In this document: piece by piece, positions 55,109 to 64,000 of the stretch
How positions within the stretch are numbered: the first letter of the stretch is position 1
Layout of the letters: each line of letters begins with the position of its first letter
Assembly (NCBI GenBank): GCA_036867785.1
Contig: CP145410.1
Coordinates: 1,302,001 to 1,366,000, forward strand
DNA length: 64,000 nucleotides
Reading direction: 5' to 3'
DNA from: Plasmodiophora brassicae
Taxonomy: Eukaryota
The notes under the pieces: generated by a model
What the model was told of the DNA's origin: nothing
Seen by the model: only the letters and a program-made list of their open reading frames with translations
Database searches by the model: none
Translations under genes and position numbers: made by a program

Positions 55109-58063
55109 TTATGTGTCGTCCACGACGAATATGGCGTCGAAGAAGCCATCCGCGTAGCCGAGAAGTTCAATATCGTCCGTTCGAATGGAGACCTTCGTCG
55201 CGTTGGGTGCGATAAAGAACTGTTTAGTGCCATGAGACGGTGAGCAGCGATTCCAGCATTCGGGAAAGGCATACCTTCAGCAGCATATGCGATCTCGGTG
55301 GAAAGCAACACAGCATCCGAACGATACGAAGGTCGCCAATGTTCGAACAGTCCTCGGGCACGTATCGATTTGCTTCGGCGATTTCGTCCTCGTTGTTTCC
55401 GCTGCACCGGTGCACACAGAACCGGGCCAGATCGCGCGCTATGCGACACAGGACGATGTTGCTCGCCAATGGGATATACCTGCACGACTCGATCATCGTC
55501 TCGTCGTGGTACATGCGTTCGAACACAGCCGCCCGCTGCTCGTCTGTCATCTTCAGGCCATCATGAGGCTGCACCGGATATGCCACGTCATGTAGGGCAA
55601 CCGGTAGGCGTGCCTAGGTCCCGCTATTAACCATGGGAACGCACACACAGACCGCCCCTCAGGCGTCATACCGCGTTGGACGCCCAGCCCTCCTTTCCGT
55701 TGTCGTCGTTGAAGATCAGGTCGCAGTCAAAGTAGCCAGGCATCGACGTCCCACATTTGAACGTCAACGTAAACTGATACAGGTATGGGAATCTCTGCCA
55801 GGACGCGCCTGCGTCAGTACAGAGACGATATCAAGTGTATCCTGCTCTACCTCTGGGAACGAATCATTGCGGGCCTGGCGCCAATCGACCAGCAGCGGGA
55901 GCGTGATGGGCCGCTGTGCAATCAGGTGGTCGAACTGGCTCTTCGGCCGCAGGACAAGCGCATAGATGCGGGATGGGAACGATCGCGACGATGCCTGTCC
56001 GGTGGCGTTGTCGCCAACGGAATAATAGATCCAGAACGTCAGGTCGACGTCGTAATGGGTTGTGCCAGTGCCGTATCGCTCCAGGCTCGCCTTGTACTCA
56101 TCGAAGGTATGCTCCAGGTCAACAGCGCCGAGCGGCTTAGGTGGAAGACCGTTTAGTCTGTACAGGGACGCTGCCACAGTTGCCTGCTCATCATCCTTGA
56201 TGGATGGCAACCCTGGGCCATGCCGCGTTACGCTCAGTGATGCACCAGCGTTGACGTATTCGACAGATGCACGAGACACGCCATCGATCGATGTTGGGAC
56301 GTCGTCCGTATCGGATCTGGTCGCCGACAGGATTTGGCGCACGACGTCCTGCGGGCAATGGGACGCCAGGTACAAGGACAATCGGGCTCGGTCCCTGACG
56401 TCGACATCGCTATGCTCGGCAACCATGCTAGAGAGCACCCTAAACACGCCTGCGCTCACATCGTGGCCCAGCAGCAGCAATCGCATGGTATCGAGCAGGT
56501 CGTGGCCCATACTCCAGCAGCGAAGCGCGCGCGCGTGTCCCACCATACGAACCAGGACGTCGAGCACGGGCAACGGATTCGTCACCAGGTCGGTCTGGGA
56601 TACGATGGCGTGTAGCAGAGGCAGATGAGCGATGAGTCGCTCTTCGGGAACGCGGACGAGGCCGGCAACGAGCTTGTCGAGCAGCACCAGGCAGCGCGAT
56701 CTGACGATCCTGCCCTTGTTGGACAGCGCTGCGATAACGTCTGCGACGTGGTTGACGAATTGCGGGCAAACGATGGCGACGTGCACGAGGAACGAAACGC
56801 ATTCGTCAAGTGGGACGTTTGGGGTCGACATCCACAACGTCAGGAATTGGAAGACGAGCGACACTTTGATGGATGCCGCTGGTTCCGACTGGAACCCGCG
56901 CATGCAGGCCAACGTGTCGAACAGGTCAGTGGGGATCGTGCACCCTGGTGTGGAGTAGACGTGCACGAGGGCGCATAGCTTCGCGTAACGAAGGCGGTCG
57001 TCGTCGAACGGTCGTGGGTACAGGCAGGGCACCAGCGAGCGGTCCCGCTGGGCCCATTCGGCGATCCATTCGACATAGTAACATCGGTCGTTGCACGGAA
57101 CGGTCGGGTCGGATACCCGCCTGGTCAGCTCGACGGACAGGTCGTGGTGGTCGATGCTGACGCGGTTGTCAGCCAGCTCGATCGCACGACGAGCAGCTGC
57201 GGCCGACGTTAGCCCAATGCGTCGGCACGCCTGGAGAACGCACGCCTGAATGACAGACTCGGCGCGGACGACATCGTCTCGAGCGCCTATCACGGGGACA
57301 ATATTCTCGATCGTGTCCAGTATGCATTGCGATGACAGGTCAGGCAGGACGCTGACGATCCTATCGACGATCCGGTCCACGATGTGCGACCTTGCGTCCT
57401 GTCGCGACAGGGCGTGTGCAAGAACCAGCGCGCAAAGACGGACGCCTGCATCGCTGCGATGGCCATCGAGCAAGCGTTCCCATGCCGTACTATCGTAGTG
57501 CAACAGTGAGAAATCGGACGAGGTTGCCGCCACCGTACCAGGTCGGAACTGTTCGATTTCGTAGAGGCATTTGGCAGCCATCGGATCCGGCAGTCGTCCA
57601 GCGACAGTTCTCGTGACAGTGGCCAGCAGTTCCTGGCACGTGTGGTGCAACGACGTGTCGAGCGCGATGATGATTGTGACAACGGCGGCCAGGGCGATAT
57701 CGTCCAGTGGTGGTCCCACATGCAGTAACGACTTGACGATCTGGGCGACCTCGTCGGCCGTCCTAAGCAGAGCGACGGCGTTCTCTCGAAGGAAATCAGT
57801 CAGCAGGGACCGGACCGTACTGGACGCGTTCAGGTCTGCCAGCGTTGCGGCTATACGAGACAGCAAACGCTGTCGCTGGTCGGCCACTGTCGAATACTAA
57901 GCTGGGCGATGTGCACGTGCCATTAAACGAGTATCGCACCGGTTGCGTTCGTTACGGCAGCGCGCATAACGCGACCGGCCATTGCCCAGGCGTCCGCGTC
58001 ATCATGCCACCGGAAGGCAGCCGACAGTAGCGCCGCCTCGTTGTCGGAGATCTCCCCTGCCAT
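55109..58063 (-). CDS. AP5B1: AP-5 complex subunit beta-1-like, spliced
   Basis: Helical solenoid with CLYEIEQFRPG, WSMGHDLL, DVDVRDRAR, IYALVL and C-terminal FPPRSHMLL...IRTD. First exon inferred from the ATG at 58063. Confidence 0.75.
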
Positions 58064-58190
58064 TGCCGACCGTCCCTCATCAAGTAGCGCGGCCTGCTGG
58101 ATCGTCTGGGCCTCCAGCAGGGTACGTTTAAATGTGGACTTGACCCTGGCGAGTGTACGTTATACGAGTAAGGCGGTTGTCGTCACCAGC

Positions 58191-58761
58191 ATGACGTCCA
58201 TAATGGAGCGCGGCATGACCGACAAGGAGGTAACGCCAACGCAACTGCCCGATGTGGAACCAACGTCTAACACGAACGCGAAGAGGAAAGTGCTGGCTCG
58301 CGAGCTGGATTGGTTCAGCGTCGAGTTCAACCGCGCCAGCAAGCGCCCTCGCGACCTGTTGAACGAAGCCAAGCAGCAGTTTACCGACGGCAAGTTTGAA
58401 TCGTCCAGTACGTGACACAACGCGCGATGCTGCTGTACGCAGGGGCAGGGCGCGATGACACTGGATGCCCAGTTACCATCCTGCAGATCTACCTGCGCAT
58501 GCCGAAAGGGATGGAGGATAACGTCAGCGCAGCGTTCCACCTCCTGGGCCACTGCTACCTGCGCCTCGGCATGGCTGACAAGGCGCAACAATTCTTCATA
58601 GCGGTGTGTGTGTGTGTGACAAGTGTGTTGCCAAGCGAGGAAGCGAACGTCCATGCTGACTGTGTGCGAGCCGCAGTCGATCAGTTCCGGCTACGAGAAC
58701 GACTGGCAGACATTAGTGGAGGTCGAGGTCGACATGGCGGTGAAAGAAGGACTGGGAGTAA
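58191..58761 (+). CDS. Small TPR-like protein, spliced
   Basis: AFHLLGHCYLRLGMADKAQQFF matches a TPR helix pair. Boundaries uncertain. Confidence 0.5.
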
Positions 58762-58801
58762 CCCGCTGAGCAGCAGCCCACAGCAAGGCGAAGATACATA
58801 T

Positions 58802-60232
58802 TTATGATTCCGGAAGTGCACGCGACGACGGCAGCCTGGACGACCAGTCGAATAGAAGCACGGCAGACAGGGCAGACAAGGCAACGATTTCGACACCATA
58901 ACTTGCGAGGACGGCGCCAAGGACGGCTCCGATGGCAGCTGGGCCATAGAGGCGACCTAACAGGAGCGCGGCAATTGGAATTATTGCCGGGTATCCAATG
59001 GAGGCGACTACGAGCGAAGCGGCGTACGCCGCCCGAGCGATCCAATGATCGACCAGTGACGAGACGACGAATAAGGCCAGCGTTAGGGCGACAAGAAAAG
59101 CGGGCGTGCGGGCGTTCAGCAGTGGCGTACGACCCGAGGGTCTACCGGACCTGACGTCGGGAGCTGTGGGTTCCGGTGTCAGCGCCATGGAAGCAATCAG
59201 GTCTTCCACGAAACAGTTCTGCGACCCCTCGGCAGCACTGAAGTCATCGAGAATGCGGCTCCTCGGTAGGTGGAGTCGACTCGGCGACACGATTGGAGCA
59301 GATTTCGGAGAAGGCGTGCGCCTGCGAGACTCTCGGATCGTCAGCGTTGGATGTCTGGCGGGAGAAAACGGCGATATGTCATCAGGATCCGTGCGTCTAG
59401 CCATTCGACGTGACGTTCTCTGCAGAGGGAAATTGCTCAGCACCTGCAGCACCCGTACTACATTCGCCCAATGGCCAGCATGGGGAACCAGGTCATGTCC
59501 GGTTACGACACCGTGCCTAACAAGTGTCAGAGCGAGGTTAAGCACGAACGCCAGGATCTGAACCAGGTCGGGCCCTCTCGCCAGGCAGACGGACAAGACA
59601 ATCCGTGTCAACAGCAAGGCAATGTCGACGGCCGACGAGACGAAGATTGGATAGTAGGGTATGATCGACAGTACGAGGGAGCACACATCAAGCAGGAGGC
59701 TGAGTAGAGCAACGCGCGACGGTGTGCTGATCCCGTCCAACGTCAGGGAGACATCGATCGGCGCCGCTGGGCGTCTTCGATCGTCGATCTGCTTTAGGCG
59801 GTGGGCAACCCGGTGCGAACACATCGCACAGATCGGGAACCGACGTCGAACGGCATCCAGCTGCGACGGATCCGATAGCTCGCTGATGGATTGGACGAGG
59901 AGCGCCTGCTGGCAACTGCATTGCGAGCACAGCGCAGGCGCCGACGCCGGCATCGGCCGTCGTGCGCAGCTGGATTGCCGATTGTACGCCGGATCCGACA
60001 ATTCTTTCAGGTCGCGGTCGTACGAACCGTCGGGCCGGAACCCATTGTACTGCCCGCAGTCATCGAACGGGCAGTAGAACGACGCCCCAGTCGCCAACGG
60101 CGCCGGGATCAACCCCACGGCACATCGCCCGCAGAAGTGGCAGGTAAAGTGCAGGCGTCGTCGAATGCGCCTCCCGAGCACCGCCAGGCCGGCGACGGCG
60201 CTGCCGATGGCGACCGCCCCGCCAGTCGTCAT
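58802..60232 (-). CDS. Ima1/TMEM201(Samp1)-like inner nuclear membrane protein
   Basis: CHFC..CPFDDCGQYNGF..DGSY, LCSQC..Q, PICAMC followed by TM segments. Confidence 0.82.
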   Translation of the reverse strand: MTTGGAVAIGSAVAGLAVLGRRIRRRLHFTCHFCGRCAVGLIPAPLATGASFYCPFDDCGQYNGFRPDGSYDRDLKELSDPAYNRQSSCARRPMPASAPALCSQCSCQQALLVQSISELSDPSQLDAVRRRFPICAMCSHRVAHRLKQIDDRRRPAAPIDVSLTLDGISTPSRVALLSLLLDVCSLVLSIIPYYPIFVSSAVDIALLLTRIVLSVCLARGPDLVQILAFVLNLALTLVRHGVVTGHDLVPHAGHWANVVRVLQVLSNFPLQRTSRRMARRTDPDDISPFSPARHPTLTIRESRRRTPSPKSAPIVSPSRLHLPRSRILDDFSAAEGSQNCFVEDLIASMALTPEPTAPDVRSGRPSGRTPLLNARTPAFLVALTLALFVVSSLVDHWIARAAYAASLVVASIGYPAIIPIAALLLGRLYGPAAIGAVLGAVLASYGVEIVALSALSAVLLFDWSSRLPSSRALPES

Positions 60233-60562
60233 CGCCAGGTCCGCAGTTTCTGCGTCAGCCACGCACCAGCTGCAGTTGCAGTTGCGCCCAGTGCGGCCAG
60301 CTGCACACCGTGCGCGTCCCTCGTACTGGACGACCTCATGCAGCTACACGGCGCACGTCGGGCGTGTTCGCGCTGGTGGCCGTTCCGGCTTGAGACGGAG
60401 ATGGGGACCCGGGGGGCTGTACATGGACCATCGATGATGCCGTCGGAGGCCACCGCATCGGCCGATCGATCCAATCGGCACTGGTTCCCTCGTTCCGGTT
60501 GGTCTCTGTGACTGCTGCCGGAGAACGTTGCACCGTGCAATTGCAGACGTCGCCAGTGAGCC

Positions 60563-61837
60563 ATGTTGGCGCCGTCCTCGAGGGTGGGTGACCCGAATGT
60601 CGTCAATGACAAGTCAGCGGGGAACTTTCCACGGTGGCAGACAGCGTCCCTCGTTGCGTTCGCTGCTGCGTTCGTCGCACTGATGACAGCGGGTGTCACG
60701 GCCGGCATCCTGTTTGCTGGCATCATCCTGCTGTTCGTGGACCTATACACCGGTGTACCACGTGCTCTGTCCTGCGCAACTGGCCTTGCATCCGCTCTGC
60801 AACTGCTAGCCAATATTGTCCTTCTGATTATTGTCCCATTCCAGGCTGACATCGTCTGCGATGCAATCGCGAGCAGCCTCGTTGCGCTGGTCGCCGTCTT
60901 CCAGTGGCGCTCCAATGCGTCGTCGTCGACAAGGCAACTGACTTGGTCGGGTTCCTGGATCGCCATCATTGCTCTTTTCATGGCATGGGATGCGGTCGGC
61001 ATCATCGTGCATATTGCCATGTTCCCGCCGGCCCTGGTGGATCGTTCCGACGGGCTGCCTGCTCTACATTACTGGTGCACTGGCGAAATTCGTGACGGGT
61101 ACGTCACAATCATTGCAACCGACCCATCTGTACCGGCGCCCGCCCTGTTCTTCTACGTACAGGCGCTCGCATCGGTGACCAGAACGTGCGCGTTCGACCC
61201 CGCTGGATCTGGGTGGTCACAGCCGCCGCGCTCGATATCGGTGGACAATGACGCTGGCGATATTGCCCGAATCGCTCGAACACAGTCAGCTCGTCGTGTG
61301 GTCGTTGTCGGGCATGCAGGCGGGCACGTCGCCGCGGTCCAGTTCAAGCATCTGTACGCTGGGGAGTTCGATATCATTGGCGTATCGTTGGACGGCGTTC
61401 CCTGCGGCTACCCACCATCGTCGTTCGACTTGGGGATCCCAGCTCCAATGGTTTCTTTGGCAGCGAGCATGATGCCCTTACTACGAGGCGTGGTACGGGC
61501 TACGCTCTTGGCCGCCAGGGCCGATGCCAGGTTGTTGTTTTACAACGATCTGCCCGTGTTTCAAGACGTGACTGAGCGGTACCTGATGCCGACGTACTGG
61601 CGAACCGTGGCGAATCGGGACCAGGCCCAGTTGAAGGCCCCTGTGAACGTTGCACGTTGTTATGCGCTGCTTGGAGATCCAAAGGCGTGGACGTTTGTCT
61701 ATAGCTCAAACGTGTTCTTCAACGGCGTCGCTGCCTACCCGGAAACGCTATGCCTCCAGAGCGGGATGGCCACAGTTGCCAGCCATATGATCATCCGGCA
61801 GCTGACTCCGCTATTAAACGCGAACAGTACCGTCTGA
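60563..61837 (+). CDS. Membrane-anchored alpha/beta-hydrolase-fold protein, probably inactive
   Basis: N-terminal TMs, LHYWCTG, RTCAFDPAGSGWS. The nucleophile elbow reads VVVGHAGG, with no Ser. Confidence 0.7.
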   Translation: MLAPSSRVGDPNVVNDKSAGNFPRWQTASLVAFAAAFVALMTAGVTAGILFAGIILLFVDLYTGVPRALSCATGLASALQLLANIVLLIIVPFQADIVCDAIASSLVALVAVFQWRSNASSSTRQLTWSGSWIAIIALFMAWDAVGIIVHIAMFPPALVDRSDGLPALHYWCTGEIRDGYVTIIATDPSVPAPALFFYVQALASVTRTCAFDPAGSGWSQPPRSISVDNDAGDIARIARTQSARRVVVVGHAGGHVAAVQFKHLYAGEFDIIGVSLDGVPCGYPPSSFDLGIPAPMVSLAASMMPLLRGVVRATLLAARADARLLFYNDLPVFQDVTERYLMPTYWRTVANRDQAQLKAPVNVARCYALLGDPKAWTFVYSSNVFFNGVAAYPETLCLQSGMATVASHMIIRQLTPLLNANSTV

Positions 61838-61908
61838 GCGTTCCAGCTCGCGTCGTCCCGCGTGTCTTCTCCAGTGCAGCCAGGACCGTAGACGCATCGT
61901 TAATTAGT

Positions 61909-63605
61909 TTATGGCCCCCATAGATGATGCTGCGACACAGGCGGAGCGGTCGTGATGGACGTTGCGTTCGCAACGGCATCGGAAATCGCACGCAGGTTTG
62001 ATGCCCATCGAGACAGTGGCTCGAAGCGCACTTCCACAGCGCTATGTGACAGGTCGAGCCAGCCGTGGACCTGGTCGATGCGTCCGTGGACGCTTCCGTC
62101 CAAGATCAGCTGGACGGCGAGGTCCTCGACCGCTTCCACGGTGCTGTCCAGTTTCGCAGCAAGCGTCGACAGATTCAGCCGCCGATATGGCTTGATGATG
62201 CGGACGAGCGCCCGACTTCGTAACTCGTACAGCAACGAGTCCACATTCTTCTCGATGAACGAGTCCGAGACAATCTGCTTGTAATCGGTTCGCAGCAGGC
62301 TTTGAAACTTTTGAATGTCAATGTTGTCGAACGCGTCGCGCAGGCTCACTGAAACGAATCATCGGCAAGGTGTTATCGGGACCAGCAATCGGATCATACT
62401 GAATGCTTCAATCTCGGGGTCCCGCTGGTAAACTTTAGCCTCTGTCGCATCGAATGGGTTCATCCGACCGCTCGAGAGCATGTTGGCCATGACAACGTAT
62501 TTGAGGCAGCTCCTTGCACGCTCGTGCCCGATCTGCTGATACTGAAGAAACGCGTCCCAGAACTCGGTATAAGCCTGGTCCCATAGGCCCTCGGAAGCAT
62601 ATGATTTGCCCCAGCATTCCTGGAATGGGTGTTAACCAGCCGACGACATGGCACACTGATCGGAAGACAACCTGGATGATAGACATCGACCTGGGATCCT
62701 TGATCTCAGCAGACAGGTCTTTTGTCTTGACGAAGAGCTCCTTGAGCTGAACGCTGTCACCCTGGGCAGCGAGATATTGTACTTTCAGGGCATACACTTC
62801 AAGTAGTTCGGACCCCTTCGACCGGTCGTCTTGCCCATCGGGAAGTTGACAAAGTCGGTGCAGTTCGCGAAGAAGGTCTTCGACGCGGTCCAGGTCGCCC
62901 TGTTCCAGAAGGTTGCGGCAAAGCTTGATCGAAATCGTAAAGTACAGGCGCTGCATAGCGGTCAATGCTGGTTCCGTCGGCATACGAAACAAACGTACCT
63001 CCTGGTTGGGCAACTTCTTCAGCTGGTTTCTTGCAACAGTGAACAACTCGACAATAAATTCGGGATTGCCGGATTCGGCGACAGCGTTTAGGATAGAGTT
63101 AATGGCCGCAGAGCGATCGTTGGAGGTGACCTGCATGTCGGTTGACATCGTCATGAGCTCCTACAGTTCAGATCAATCAGAAAGAGATTGGGAGCTCTCC
63201 TAGGAAGTTGACCTCAAACCGCCTAATCATCTCGGTGGTCCTCCCAAGGACGAGATTCAAAGATACGATATGTTCCAGCGCCTTGAACCGTTTGATAAAG
63301 GTCGGCCCCGCTTTCTTTTCCATTGCAAGGCATCGTTCGAATTGCTCCAAGGCAGCAGCTACAGACGTCGCACAGAGTCAGAACACCAACGCATTCCGAA
63401 TATCCTCATCGCACACACCAGGCGCTTTACGTCGATTATCCTCGGCCTCGTAGAACAGGTTATCGATCTGGACGAGCACGTCATCCTCGCCAACGCCGCC
63501 TTGCTGATCCTCCTCGATGTCCTCGAAGTCGCCCCAGTCGCCGTCGCCGCCGTCGTCGAACCCGTCGTCGTCGTCGTCATCCCATCCGTGCTCCGCATCC
63601 GACAT
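61909..63605 (-). CDS. COPS2: COP9 signalosome subunit 2, spliced
   Basis: Acidic N-terminus, FKALEHIV, KGSELLEVYAL, CLKYVVMANML..INPFD..EAK, PCI domain IKPY..ILDG..GRIDQV. Confidence 0.92.
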
Positions 63606-63856
63606 CGACGCTGGAGTCCCTCCGAACAACAGCTGCAATGTGCGCTCGCATTTTATTTTATTCCTTGTCGGCGAGTGGCACTTAATAGGTGCTGTTCGAG
63701 TCAGTTCGAAGGCTGCCGGCGTTGCAGAACTGCCGCTGTGGTTGCCAAAAGGAACACTGAAACCGGAGGACGGCAACCGTTTATTTGGTGAGCGTAGCAC
63801 GTCTTGTCGCGGACAATGAGATGGCGGCGGTTCCGGTTGAGGGGACCCCGTACGCC

Positions 63857-64000
63857 TCAGCGCTGGTACTGCATCTGGGACTGCGGGGAGAACGACTGTG
63901 TCGGGTATCCCTGCTGGACCGTCATCATGGGCTGCATCATGGGCTGCTGGATCATCATGGGCTGGCCGACAACCATAGCAGGCTGGCCGCCCATCATCAT
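63857..64000 (-). CDS. 3' end of a Gln/Met/Pro-rich protein (gene continues beyond window)
   Basis: Open frame ...GQPMMIQQPMMQPMMTVQQGYPTQ...QYQR* ending at 63857. Confidence 0.55.
   Translation of the reverse strand: MMMGGQPAMVVGQPMMIQQPMMQPMMTVQQGYPTQSFSPQSQMQYQR

Noticed and set aside
977-63605. Frame breaks in many genes as pseudogenes, programmed frameshifts or an alternative genetic code
   Set aside because: Breaks coincide with ~50-60 nt GT...AG segments, often with ctgac/ctaac branch-like motifs: ordinary short introns.
1-64000. tRNA, rRNA or other structured RNA genes
   Set aside because: None recognised by eye; a tRNAscan-SE/Infernal run would be needed to exclude them.

Overview
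Gene-dense eukaryotic DNA: GC-rich, with many ~50-60 nt GT-AG introns and very short intergenic gaps. This style fits a compact protist genome such as the phytomyxid Plasmodiophora (inference only). About 28 protein-coding genes can be read, including a PUFA-type elongase, a TmcB/C-like PAS membrane protein, UPF2, RIO2, PEX6, U2A', GCLC, OGFOD3, a rhomboid, AP-5 beta, Ima1/TMEM201-like, CSN2, an AK8-like kinase, a 7TM-RGS protein, a talin-head-only FERM protein and three C2H2 zinc-finger genes. Three things stand out. (1) A ~10 kb gene (20874-31210, minus) encodes signal peptide + LRRs + a ~1,900-aa polybasic (PTTRK)n stalk + REJ + intact GPS site + 7TM, an adhesion-GPCR/polycystin-like receptor. 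(2) A ~3.9 kb island between RIO2 and that receptor is bounded by a diverged direct duplication of the host gene junction. It holds a scrambled Helitron RepHel relic, a spacer-less fold-back palindrome of Helitron sequence, and an inverted, intron-containing dead copy of the elongase 19 kb away. (3) A second island (~42.6-45 kb) holds a Crinkler-type NTPase fragment whose start is also folded back into a long inverted repeat. Exon boundaries and family calls were made by eye from motif recall and are approximate; no searches were run.
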